A DNA stretch of 32,000 bases from Vulcanisaeta distributa DSM 14429 (GTDB taxonomy: Archaea; Thermoproteota; Thermoprotei; Thermoproteales; Thermocladiaceae), in assembly GCF_000148385.1 (NCBI RefSeq), contig NC_014537.1:1680001-1712000 (forward strand), given 5' to 3'. The position numbers were made by a program, and so were the translations under genes. A model generated the notes under the pieces. The model made no database searches, was not told the origin of the DNA, and saw only the letters and a list, made by a program, of their open reading frames with translations. Below are positions 8,999-18,407 of the stretch, piece by piece. Positions within the stretch are counted from its first letter, which is position 1. Every line of letters begins with the position of its first letter.

Positions 8999-9403
8999 CT
9001 AAGCGTTTTCCTCAGTCATCAGTGATAGTTTAATAACGGTGTAATAACCGAGCCTAACAACGACATCGCCATTAAACCTATACTCACTTACCCTTTTGAA
9101 CGTTCCACCATCAAGTACGTACGTGCCATTCGTACTATTTAAATCCTTAATTAACAATTCATTCCCAACCATCGTTATCACGGCATGCTTTCTCGAGACC
9201 GTTGGGTCAGGTATTATAACCATGTTCTCGGGACTCCTACCAAGCGTTATTTCCCTTATTATTGATAGGTCGAAAATAACCTTAAAGTCCTTCATGAAGT
9301 CCTTAGGACTCTCAATAAATGTTAGTTCAAGTTTACTTGGACCTCTCCTTACTGTTTCCGTATTGGGTAACTCCATCCTCCTAGTCTCTTCACTATGCTC
9401 CAT
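8999..9403 (-). CDS. FHA domain protein
   Basis: ITLGRSPENMVIIPDPTVSRKHAVI followed by DLNSTNGTYV matches the FHA core (GR...S..H...NG). It is convergent with the kinase gene, with the stop codons 3 nt apart. Confidence 0.8.
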   Translation of the reverse strand: MEHSEETRRMELPNTETVRRGPSKLELTFIESPKDFMKDFKVIFDLSIIREITLGRSPENMVIIPDPTVSRKHAVITMVGNELLIKDLNSTNGTYVLDGGTFKRVSEYRFNGDVVVRLGYYTVIKLSLMTEENA

Positions 9404-9462
9404 TATGCACTAACATGAACCTGAAATGGCTTATAAGAGTTACTACCGTCGTTATTTGAAGA

Positions 9463-9864
9463 TCAGGGCTTTGCCTGCGCTCCCTGGGTGCCCTGTGAAG
9501 TTGATGGTGCTGGCGTCTGTGTTTGAGAGGGCTTTGATGCTGGCGGTACGGTTATTACCTCTCTACGCGCTGGTGCCTTCGTCAGTGAAACCTTTCTCTT
9601 CCTCTCATCCTCAGCCCTAACCTTCAGTATGCCAAGGTAAATGGCACAATTTATGCAGTAGGTCTTGGTTACGTAGTACCTAGGAACAATGGCGCCCTGC
9701 TTCTCAAGTTCTCTAGCTAAGTCACCAGGTACTGGTGAGTAGGGCACAGTAACCCTAACAGCCTTAGACCTAGGCACCAACTTACCACAATTGTCGCAAT
9801 AAACCATTGGTTCCTTGCCCTTATCGCCCTTATGGCGTCCCCTATTCTTCCTCTTCTTCGGCAT
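9463..9864 (-). CDS. rps26e: 30S ribosomal protein eS26 with an extended low-complexity C-terminal tail
   Basis: MPKKRKNRGRHKGDKG, then YCDNCGKLVP, then YCINCAIY is the eS26 signature. The start is placed at the ATG at 9862-9864, with T-rich TATA-like TTTTTTAAG about 30 nt upstream. The longest ORF would start at 9900. Confidence 0.85.
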   Translation of the reverse strand: MPKKRKNRGRHKGDKGKEPMVYCDNCGKLVPRSKAVRVTVPYSPVPGDLARELEKQGAIVPRYYVTKTYCINCAIYLGILKVRAEDERKRKVSLTKAPARREVITVPPASKPSQTQTPAPSTSQGTQGAQAKP

Positions 9865-9979
9865 ATCTTGGCTCCATATAATAAGCCACTTAAAAAACAT
9901 ACCCCCTCCATAATTACGTACTAGTATAAGGAAACCTACTCACCTCATAAGGTTTTTAATAATTGATTAATGATTAATT

Positions 9980-11128
9980 ATGAGTTTAATGAAAGAGGCA
10001 ACATTATATAAGGCATTGCCGGACGGCAGAGTTGAGTGCACGGCATGCGCAAGAAGGTGCAAGCTCTCCGATGGGCAGTACGGATTTTGCGGTGTTAGGT
10101 GGAACTTAGGCGGTAAACTCCACCTAATGGTCTATGGCAAGATCTCAGCAATAGCCGTGGACCCAATAGAGAAGAAGCCACTTTATCACTTTAATCCAGG
10201 CTCCATGGTTCTCTCATTCTCCACATACGGCTGTAGCTGGGCATGCCAGTATTGCCAGAACTTCGATATAAGCCAGAGAAGGGTTCTCGAGGGATTCGAG
10301 GTAACTCCAGAGAAGATTATTGAGTTGGCCGAGACTTATGGGACCCAGGGAATCACGTATACATATAACGAACCATCAATCTTCGCGGAATTTGCATACG
10401 ACGTTGGAGTCCTAGCCAGGAAGAAAGGACTATTCAATACATTCGTTACTAACGGATACATGACCGATGAGGCGGTTGATTACATATCTAAGTTCCTTGA
10501 TGCGGCTACCGTAGATTTCAAGGGCAATGCAGAACCTAAGTTCCTGAGGAGATTCTCAATGGTCCCAGACCCAGAGCCCATATTCCAGACCCTCCTTGAG
10601 ATGAAGAGGAAGGGGATATTCATTGAGGTTACGGACCTCGTTGTCCCCGAAATAGGCGATAACCTGGAGTACGCACGTAAACTGGTCAGGTGGATCGTGG
10701 ATAACCTAGGCCCTGAGACGCCAATGCATTTCCTGAGATTTCACCCTGATTATAAGGTTGATTACCTACCACCAACGCCCATAGAGACGCTGGAGAGGCA
10801 CGCCCAGGTGGCTAAGGAGGAGGGACTTAAGTACGTGTATATTGGTAATGTTCCAGGGCATAAACTCGAAAACACCTACTGCCCAAGCTGCGGCAGGGTT
10901 GTGATTAGGAGGAGGGGCTTCGACATATTAGAGGTTAACTTAACCGAGGATGGCAGGTGCAAATTCTGCGGTGCTAAAATTAACATTGGCGGTAAGGTGT
11001 GGCCAACATGGAGATTAAGTGATAGGTTCGCCTATGTACCGATTGAGTTATTATCCAGGTATGTAAGGATAACGAGGGAGCAGATTGAGGAGCTTAGGAG
11101 TAAGATTCACGTTAAGAGGCAGGGATAG
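9980..11128 (+). CDS. amrS: AmmeMemoRadiSam-system radical SAM enzyme (PflA-related activase family)
   Basis: The N-terminus [26 protein letters not shown], then [12 protein letters not shown], the CSWACQYC (CX3CX2C) cluster and the C-terminal CPSCG...CKFCG zinc ribbon match this family's layout. Confidence 0.78.
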   Translation: MSLMKEATLYKALPDGRVECTACARRCKLSDGQYGFCGVRWNLGGKLHLMVYGKISAIAVDPIEKKPLYHFNPGSMVLSFSTYGCSWACQYCQNFDISQRRVLEGFEVTPEKIIELAETYGTQGITYTYNEPSIFAEFAYDVGVLARKKGLFNTFVTNGYMTDEAVDYISKFLDAATVDFKGNAEPKFLRRFSMVPDPEPIFQTLLEMKRKGIFIEVTDLVVPEIGDNLEYARKLVRWIVDNLGPETPMHFLRFHPDYKVDYLPPTPIETLERHAQVAKEEGLKYVYIGNVPGHKLENTYCPSCGRVVIRRRGFDILEVNLTEDGRCKFCGAKINIGGKVWPTWRLSDRFAYVPIELLSRYVRITREQIEELRSKIHVKRQG

Positions 11129-11131
11129 GCG

Positions 11132-11533
11132 TTAAGGCACCTCCTTAACCTTAACATTGGTTATGCAGAGTATCCTACCTGATAGGTTGGCCGTATTTCC
11201 ATTAATCAGCATTGTTATGCCTGAAATTTCGTCGGAAAGGTTAAGCTGGTTTGCGGGTAATACCATGCTTATGATACCAATGCTGACGTAAATCTTAACC
11301 ACGTATTCCCTATTATACCTATCAATGAGCGACAATACAAAGAGCGATGAGGAAGTACTAATTTTATGTTCCCTCCAACCTAATAACCAATAATCATTGC
11401 CAAACTTAATATTGATACTCCTTAATAATGATGTAAATTCATTATCATCAAAACACCTACCCGTGACCAAATTTAATCTTCTTAAAAGTCTCCTTAAATC
11501 CCTGCCAGATCTTTTGGCTAATTCAACGACCAT
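11132..11533 (-). CDS. hypothetical protein (133 aa)
   Basis: It is the only sizeable ORF in this interval. I recognise no motif. It is convergent with the radical SAM gene, 3 nt apart. Confidence 0.4.
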   Translation of the reverse strand: MVVELAKRSGRDLRRLLRRLNLVTGRCFDDNEFTSLLRSINIKFGNDYWLLGWREHKISTSSSLFVLSLIDRYNREYVVKIYVSIGIISMVLPANQLNLSDEISGITMLINGNTANLSGRILCITNVKVKEVP

Positions 11534-11680
11534 TTTATTCCGTCAATGGGCATAGTTTAAAAGCATGTCCTTAAAGATAACGATAACAAGCAATAGGTTA
11601 TGGTGCTAATGACTTACTGATCACCGTTAATGATGTGAAAGTGACCTAATTGTCCATGAACAGATTGATAAAAATATATG

Positions 11681-13480
11681 TCATTTATTTGCAACCCTAA
11701 TCCTAACCTTAACGCCATTAAGTAATGGCGTACCTGCATATTTACCCTTAACACGGCCTGTGAGGGTATTTATCGGCTTACCATCAAGGTCGATAAGGCT
11801 ACTCTTATAAATCAACGCTACGCCAGGAGGCACATTACTATCCCTAACAGCCCTAACCCTAACAACACCAAACTCATTCTCTAGAACAACGACACCCTCA
11901 TAATCATGGGTATAAACCACAGACTCTAGATTACCGTAAACCTCACGGAACTGCGTATTCGTATAAAGCGGATGCGAGGTAAAGACTAAGCGAACCTCAT
12001 TATCACTCAATTCACTAGGCTCTACGGGATTAGGAAGGGGAAGTGCGTCAGGCTCGTTCGTGGGTAAATACCTCGGCTTTACCTTAACAATTTTCCTCAC
12101 CCTAAGCTCCTCCAAAGTAACGCCAGCAGGCCTTATGGCCTTATCAACGGCATCCCAGGGATCCTCAAGAAGCAGTGGATGAGAGATCTCGAGCTCCTTA
12201 GCTAACTTACGTATTAAGTCAACCTCCGTTATACCCCTAGGAGACTTAATTGGCTCGTTGTAAACCAGGTAGTCATGCCAATAACTATAAATTACGTCAT
12301 ACTTCTCAAGGAATGTTGGCGCTGGAATAACGACATTAGCCAGCTTAGCCGTTTCAGACCAGTACGGATCATGAACGATTAATGCGACCCTGCCCTCACG
12401 AACAGCCTCAATCAACTTATCACCACCCGGCAGGGTAACCACAGGGTTCTCATTCCAGGCATATACAATATCCACCTCACCGCGCTCAATGTAATCCCCA
12501 AAATCCGCCATGGGTATAACCCTGGATGACTTAGCCATGTGAAGGCCCCTAAGGTAATCAAAGTCTATTCCCCAACCCAGGGAATTCGAGTAGTAATAAC
12601 CCCTCTCAAGACCGATTAGGGCCGGGATTAGCGAAATCATGCCAATGGCATCACCGCCGTTTAATGAACGACCAAGGGCAAAGCCAATCAGTGTTAATGG
12701 TTTATAATCATGGTAAAACTCGGCAAGCCACCTAATGCCATCAACAGGCACGCCACTAACCCTCGATAAGTAATCAAGAGAGAACCTCCCAACGTAACTT
12801 GCCAAATCCTCGAAATGCCTAACCTTACCCTCAACGAGGCCCTCCTCGATCAAGACCTTAATTATACCAAGCGCCAGGAACACATCAGTGCCAGGCCTAA
12901 CTATTACCGCCTTATCCGACTTCCTAACTGTGTCGCTGAACCTAACGTCAATCGCCACCTTGAACTTCTTAATGAACAAGGCCCATATGTGCGGCGCCGA
13001 CACACTAGCCGGGAACGCCCAGAATACGGCAGCCCTATACTTAACAAAATCCTCGGGCAAAGCGCCCATGCTGGTGCCGTAATGAGCCCTAATGGCTGCA
13101 TGGCCCTCCGCAGAGCATATGGACCTATCAGACTGTGATGCACCAATTACATTAAACAACCTGTCTGGGAAATACCACGTGAGTAATCCCTGATTTCCGT
13201 CATAGTCCGTACGCAGTATCCTTGCTGGATCCCTCTTTATGACCTCCCTGAATAGCTTCGCTACGTATTTAATGGCCTCGTCAATACTAACCTCCTTACC
13301 ATCTATGTAAGCCGAAGTAACCCTATTCCTCTCATTCCTAATTAAGTCAGCCCTGCCCCTAGCACATGTGAAGCCATTAATCGGGAATATGCTAAGCGGT
13401 CTGTAATTCTCATCGAATATGCATGTGTCGTAGCAGTCCCTCGTACATGCAATCACCATGTTAATCAAGTGGTCAATCAC
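11681..13480 (-). CDS. molybdopterin (bis-MGD) oxidoreductase family catalytic subunit, cytoplasmic type
   Basis: N-terminal Fe-S Cys cluster CTRDCYDTC...FTCARG with no Tat/signal sequence. The central and C-terminal sequence is typical of MopB enzymes (GRVALIVHDPYWSETAKLANVVIPAPTFLEK). Length is 599 aa. Confidence 0.72.
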   Translation of the reverse strand: MIDHLINMVIACTRDCYDTCIFDENYRPLSIFPINGFTCARGRADLIRNERNRVTSAYIDGKEVSIDEAIKYVAKLFREVIKRDPARILRTDYDGNQGLLTWYFPDRLFNVIGASQSDRSICSAEGHAAIRAHYGTSMGALPEDFVKYRAAVFWAFPASVSAPHIWALFIKKFKVAIDVRFSDTVRKSDKAVIVRPGTDVFLALGIIKVLIEEGLVEGKVRHFEDLASYVGRFSLDYLSRVSGVPVDGIRWLAEFYHDYKPLTLIGFALGRSLNGGDAIGMISLIPALIGLERGYYYSNSLGWGIDFDYLRGLHMAKSSRVIPMADFGDYIERGEVDIVYAWNENPVVTLPGGDKLIEAVREGRVALIVHDPYWSETAKLANVVIPAPTFLEKYDVIYSYWHDYLVYNEPIKSPRGITEVDLIRKLAKELEISHPLLLEDPWDAVDKAIRPAGVTLEELRVRKIVKVKPRYLPTNEPDALPLPNPVEPSELSDNEVRLVFTSHPLYTNTQFREVYGNLESVVYTHDYEGVVVLENEFGVVRVRAVRDSNVPPGVALIYKSSLIDLDGKPINTLTGRVKGKYAGTPLLNGVKVRIRVANK

Positions 13481-13524
13481 GTACTAGTTATAAACTGATT
13501 CCCAGTGACAAGTGAGGATTAGCC

Positions 13525-14664
13525 ATGGATAAAACATTTGACGTCGTGGTGATTGGTGCAGGCTCTACAGGGGCGACAACGGCGTATTACCTCGCCCAGG
13601 AGGGTTTCAGGGTCTTGGTGGTTGATAAGCGTGGGATCGCCCAGGGAATGACAGCCTACTCCCTAGGCCTTGTTAGGAGTTATTATGCCAATGAGGATGT
13701 GGCTCGGATGTCGCATTATAGTCATGGCTTTTTCATGAATTTCGAGAGGGAATTTGGCACTGGTGTATTTACGAAGACGGGCCTCCTGGTTATTGGTAAT
13801 GATGAGGCTAGCATGAGGAGGACCTTTGACATGCTACGTAGTATTGGTGCTAGGGTTCGATTATTGGGTAGTGATGAAATTCGTGAAATGCTTAACGCTA
13901 GCGTTGCGTGGGGTGAGGCCGGCATTTATGAGGAGGATGCCGGCTATGTTGATACTGGCCTATACACGAACACCGTAATGAATAGGGCTAGGGAGTTGGG
14001 TGTTGAGTTTGTGATTGATGAGGCTCAGGTCAAGTTTGAGGGTAATGAGGTGGTTGGTGTGAGGCTCATTAATAGTGGCGAGGTTATAAGGGCTAACCAC
14101 TACGTTATTGCAACCAACGTTTGGACCCAAAAACTATTACCACAGTTGAACCTGCCGATTAAGAACATTATTGAGAGGGTGATTAGGGTCGAAATAGGCA
14201 GGTCACTGCCTAACGTATTTGATTACGTGAACAACTTCTACATAAGGCCCGAGGGCTCTAGCTATGGTTTAATGGGCCTACTGTACCCACCCGAGGATGC
14301 TTGGCCAGACCCAGACGACTTCAATCCATTGGCCGAGCCGGAGTTTGACTATGCCGTTAATGTGATGGAGAACGCCGCCAAGAGAATGCCGTGGTTTACA
14401 AATGCTAAGTACCTGGGTGGCTGGAGGGGTTTATATGACGTTACTCCTGACTGGATGCCCATAATTGATGAGCCAATTAGGGATTTAATAGTCGTTGTTG
14501 GTTTGAGCGGTCATGGCTTCAAGTTGGCGCCGGCCTTCGCCTTGATGGTCACGGAATTAATAAAGTATGGAAAAGTAAGAACGTTCAGGGACATATTTAG
14601 GCTGAGCAGGTTTAGGGAGGGAAGGTTAATACAGGGGACTGCGCAGGAAAGGGCTGCATTTTAA
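13525..14664 (+). CDS. FAD-dependent oxidoreductase (DAO / sarcosine-oxidase-beta-like family)
   Basis: The N-terminal Rossmann motif FDVVVIGAGSTGATTAYYLAQEGFRVLVVDK and the C-terminal GLSGHGFKLAPA are typical of the DAO family. Confidence 0.8.
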   Translation: MDKTFDVVVIGAGSTGATTAYYLAQEGFRVLVVDKRGIAQGMTAYSLGLVRSYYANEDVARMSHYSHGFFMNFEREFGTGVFTKTGLLVIGNDEASMRRTFDMLRSIGARVRLLGSDEIREMLNASVAWGEAGIYEEDAGYVDTGLYTNTVMNRARELGVEFVIDEAQVKFEGNEVVGVRLINSGEVIRANHYVIATNVWTQKLLPQLNLPIKNIIERVIRVEIGRSLPNVFDYVNNFYIRPEGSSYGLMGLLYPPEDAWPDPDDFNPLAEPEFDYAVNVMENAAKRMPWFTNAKYLGGWRGLYDVTPDWMPIIDEPIRDLIVVVGLSGHGFKLAPAFALMVTELIKYGKVRTFRDIFRLSRFREGRLIQGTAQERAAF

Positions 14665-14669
14665 TGAGA

Positions 14670-16256
14670 TCATGGGTATATTCTTTGTCCTCCTGTGTAT
14701 GTTTCTAGGATCTTTATGTTTCTAAGTTCCTTCTCGTCAATGTTTAGTGGGTCTTTGTCGATTATTATGAAGTCCGCCAGGTAGCCTGGCTCGAGTTTAC
14801 CGAGTTCATCCTCCTCACGGAGTAGGTACGCGGAACCGTATGTGTAGTGGTGAAGTGCGTCTGCCACGCTTACCTTCTCATTCTCCGTATACCTACAGAG
14901 CTCTATACCCTCATGGCAGCCCCTGGTAACTGCCGCGTACACGGTCTCCCATGGATTGAGAGGCTCAACTGGAGCATCCGTGCTGAAGCCGAGCATTACG
15001 CCATTATTAATTAACGTCTTGAATGGGTACACGTACCTAGCCCTATCAGCGCCAATCCTACTCACAACCCACCAATCAGTAATTACGAAGTGAGGTTGTA
15101 CGGCCAATGCGATACCGAGTTCCTTAACCCTCTTGATCAGGTCTTCCCTTAACACGGATGCATGCTCAATCCTATGCCTAAGCACCTGGGCGTTACCCAA
15201 CCTGTTGTAAATATCGAGTATCGTCTCGACCATTTTATCCCCAATACCGTGAATAGCGAGTTGAAGACCAGACTCAGCACTCCTCCTCGCAATACTCATC
15301 AACTCATCAAAGCTGTAATTCGGCCTGCCGGAATTACCTGGGTCATCATTATAAGGCCTTGATAACCAGGCGGTCCTAGCTCCGAGTGAGCCATCGGCAA
15401 TGACTTTAATACCATTAATCCTCAGGTACTGAGAGCCGAAGCCGGCCCTAATGCCGAGTTGTCTCAGTAGTTCAATGACATCAATACCGTGATCAGATGG
15501 GTTTAGGTATGCCCTAACCCTAATTGGCAACCTACCGAGCCCCCTCTCAAGCATTATCAACGATTGTAGGCTTCTTAGGTCTACGGATACGAAGCCCACG
15601 GTCGTGACGCCAAGCGATGCTGCATACCTCATGGCATTTATCATGAACTCCCTAAAATCGTCAAGTGTGTACGAATCCTTCACCAACTCCTCAACCCTAT
15701 CCAAAGCCCGCTCAACAATTACGCCCGTGGCATTACCCACCTCATCCCTAACCACATCCCTATCCGCCGCATTCAAGAGCCCGGTCAGTTCCATGGCCCT
15801 CGTGTTAAGCACGGCGGCATGTCCGCAGACTCTGACCAGCATGACGGGTCTATCGTTAACCACGTCATCAATGTCAAACTTACTCGGCCAACGCCTCTCC
15901 CTAAACAACTCCTGGTCCCAACCCCTACCTATTATCCACTCAGTCTTGACATTCTTCACGTACTCCCTAAGCCTACTCTTCAACTCCTCAATACTACCAA
16001 CACCCCTTAAATCCAGTGTCGCTAGGTTGATGCCTATCGAGTCCAGGTGCGCATGGGCATCTATGAATCCCGGCATCACAACACGGCCCTTTAGGTCCAC
16101 CTCCTCGAGCCCTAGGGCATCCGCAATCTTTAATGCCCTCGACTCACCACCAACATAAACAACCCTATCACCAACGACAACCATAGCCTCAGCCCTAACC
16201 AGGGGCTTAAATGACGAATAAACCAAACCATCAAACAAAACAAAACCGCTAACCAT
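14670..16256 (-). CDS. metal-dependent amidohydrolase (Amidohydro_3 / YtcJ-like)
   Basis: PGFIDAHAHL (HxH metal site), IHGIGD, IEHAS and FSTDAPVEP are characteristic. Length is 528 aa. Confidence 0.8.
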   Translation of the reverse strand: MVSGFVLFDGLVYSSFKPLVRAEAMVVVGDRVVYVGGESRALKIADALGLEEVDLKGRVVMPGFIDAHAHLDSIGINLATLDLRGVGSIEELKSRLREYVKNVKTEWIIGRGWDQELFRERRWPSKFDIDDVVNDRPVMLVRVCGHAAVLNTRAMELTGLLNAADRDVVRDEVGNATGVIVERALDRVEELVKDSYTLDDFREFMINAMRYAASLGVTTVGFVSVDLRSLQSLIMLERGLGRLPIRVRAYLNPSDHGIDVIELLRQLGIRAGFGSQYLRINGIKVIADGSLGARTAWLSRPYNDDPGNSGRPNYSFDELMSIARRSAESGLQLAIHGIGDKMVETILDIYNRLGNAQVLRHRIEHASVLREDLIKRVKELGIALAVQPHFVITDWWVVSRIGADRARYVYPFKTLINNGVMLGFSTDAPVEPLNPWETVYAAVTRGCHEGIELCRYTENEKVSVADALHHYTYGSAYLLREEDELGKLEPGYLADFIIIDKDPLNIDEKELRNIKILETYTGGQRIYP

Positions 16257-16288
16257 TACTTAGGGTTATCAAAGCGCCTATGTAAGTA

Positions 16289-16636
16289 TTACTGACGAAG
16301 ATCAATGGGCACCTTAACAATCGAAGCTATCCTAGACACTGTGGTTATGTTCGCCCTAGCCCTGATTATTTCGTTACCACATACGAAATTAACCATGTAA
16401 TATCTACCATGTCTGACCATGATGACCTTATCAATCCTCAATTCTCTATGGTATAATTCTGAAAATGAGAGAATGATTACGATTACTATTATACCAATGA
16501 TGAGGTTATAGATCATTAGAAGGAGGGATAGAACAATTAATAATACCGTGGTTGAGACACACAACTTAACCAGTATACTGTATCCATAAACCGTGATGCA
16601 ACGTCTATACACATCACTTAAAGAAGCACTACTCAT
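16289..16636 (-). CDS. hypothetical small membrane protein (2 TM plus a C-terminal soluble domain)
   Basis: 115-aa ORF with two consecutive hydrophobic helices. It is on the same strand as the large secreted protein gene and 52 nt downstream of it. Confidence 0.45.
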   Translation of the reverse strand: MSSASLSDVYRRCITVYGYSILVKLCVSTTVLLIVLSLLLMIYNLIIGIIVIVIILSFSELYHRELRIDKVIMVRHGRYYMVNFVCGNEIIRARANITTVSRIASIVKVPIDLRQ

Positions 16637-16688
16637 TAAGAATTAATGAATGCTGTAAATTTAAGAACCACGTAAGTCCAGAACCTCA

Positions 16689-18407
16689 TTAGCCAAGGTA
16701 TGTAGGTGGGCATCCCTGAGCCAATTGTCCACCGGCCCAGGTCTCATTAAGCTCAACACCAGGCGTGGGTACAGCATAGGTCTGGCCATTATAATTCACG
16801 TAACTAATGCCAGGAACTACGTTATAGTAAATATACTGACCAGGTGATAGTTGAACCTCGACAGCATAATAAAGCTGGTAACTAGTTTTATACGTCTGTA
16901 AATTCGTCAATTGCCCCATGTCTGAGAGTACGTTAATGACCCATTGAGCCCACGTTGGTAAACCGCCAGTTTCCACAATGGTCTCAACAATCACGCCACC
17001 CTCAAGTGCGGAGACTAAGGCAGACATTACTTGTAACAATGGTACATTGAATACATTAGCCACATATTCAGCGATTAAATATGGAAGAGCGGTTTCACTA
17101 GTCCCATTTGGGAAGTAGAAATATGGGACTCCGCCATTATTAACACTGCACCCTACATATTTAGGTGTTGGTAGGCTCAAGCCGTAGTAATTAAGGAATC
17201 TGAATATTGCCGTTACCGGTCCATTACCTGTATCTATGCCGTTTATGAGTCTGCTCTGAACATTAAGTCCCACGACATAATAGTAGTACTGGTTTGTGGG
17301 CGTGCATGTACCGAAGTAAGGATTACATGTCCAGTATTGGTATTGGGCCATACCATAAGCACCAGGCACGCCCAGATAATAAATACCAGGCCCTGTGAAG
17401 GTCGTACCGAAAGTACCTAACCATTGTAGGTATGGTGAACCGATGTCAAAGGACTGTGGTGTAAATGTTATACCGGCTACATATGCTATTACCTGCCCAT
17501 TACTTGATTTTAACTCCTCGCCATATAATGAGAATGGCTGATTATTAGATGAGGACTGTATATAGATCTCTCCATACAGTTGTGCATTACTTTGGCTTAA
17601 TTCATTGAATACATTTTGGCTCCATGAGACCCATAGCAGTGGTATTGTCCCGTTATAGCCGGTGCAGTTAGCTAGAGCTAGGTACCCATACGCCGTTGGT
17701 ATAGTACCAGGCGCGTAGACTGGCGCCTCCGGTGATTGGCTCATACAGTCGTATAATTGGCCTGGTTGATCCGTATTATTGGAAAGCTCGAGTAACGGCT
17801 TCGCGACTGCAGGGCCTGCCGGCTTTAATTGGCTTATTGGTATGTCTGGTGGCGCGGTTGTGTTTATTTTGGCGTTAATAATTATTACGTAAGACTCATT
17901 GCCAATGTATAGTGGTGCTGGTGCATATGGTATCGTGAATGATTTGATGTAGACCCCACGTGGCGTTTGGTAGGTTATGAATACGAGGAGTGCCGTGTAT
18001 AGGCCCGGCTGTATTGAGTGCCAGGTACTCCTTAGCATCCAGGAGACCCATCTATCCACGGCGTAGGCTATGCTGGGCGTGTCCATGGGTATCACCACCC
18101 TTGAGCCGGCATAAACCCTAACGGGTACTATGTGGTATGGCGTTAAGGCGAATACCGTAACTGAGGCGTTACTCAGTGGTTTGCCATTTATTGACTCGAT
18201 GTTTATCACAATCCTCGAATAGTTAATGCCGTTAGCAGTCACCTTATAGACCAGGTACTCCTCACTCACGCCCTTAATTGGTGAGTAGGTCCAGTACCTG
18301 TAAAGTGTTGGTTGTTGGCCTGTGGTGGCTAGTACCATGATAATTAATGAAATCGTCAAGGCGAGCATTAAGGCGGTTAATACCCGCGCCCTGACCATAC
18401 CCATCAT
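16689..18407 (-). CDS. secreted or cell-surface protein rich in Tyr/Asn/Gly/Pro with many N-glycosylation sequons; function unknown
   Basis: N-terminal signal/anchor MVRARVLTALMLALTISLIIMVLATT. About 10 N-x-S/T sequons occur (NYS, NAS, NES, NTT, NNT, NCT, NGT, NET among others), with several Cys. The composition is beta-rich. An A8 TATA-like tract lies just upstream. Confidence 0.6.
   Translation of the reverse strand: MMGMVRARVLTALMLALTISLIIMVLATTGQQPTLYRYWTYSPIKGVSEEYLVYKVTANGINYSRIVINIESINGKPLSNASVTVFALTPYHIVPVRVYAGSRVVIPMDTPSIAYAVDRWVSWMLRSTWHSIQPGLYTALLVFITYQTPRGVYIKSFTIPYAPAPLYIGNESYVIIINAKINTTAPPDIPISQLKPAGPAVAKPLLELSNNTDQPGQLYDCMSQSPEAPVYAPGTIPTAYGYLALANCTGYNGTIPLLWVSWSQNVFNELSQSNAQLYGEIYIQSSSNNQPFSLYGEELKSSNGQVIAYVAGITFTPQSFDIGSPYLQWLGTFGTTFTGPGIYYLGVPGAYGMAQYQYWTCNPYFGTCTPTNQYYYYVVGLNVQSRLINGIDTGNGPVTAIFRFLNYYGLSLPTPKYVGCSVNNGGVPYFYFPNGTSETALPYLIAEYVANVFNVPLLQVMSALVSALEGGVIVETIVETGGLPTWAQWVINVLSDMGQLTNLQTYKTSYQLYYAVEVQLSPGQYIYYNVVPGISYVNYNGQTYAVPTPGVELNETWAGGQLAQGCPPTYLG

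Noticed and set aside
11534-11680. C/D-box-like words (AATGATGTGA and CTGA) in the spacer upstream of the hypothetical gene. Similar words occur at 18640-18800 (TTGATGAG, and two CTGA 42 nt apart).
   Set aside because: The box sequences deviate from RUGAUGA. No C/D' or C'/D pair has the required spacing of about 12 nt with terminal-stem complementarity.
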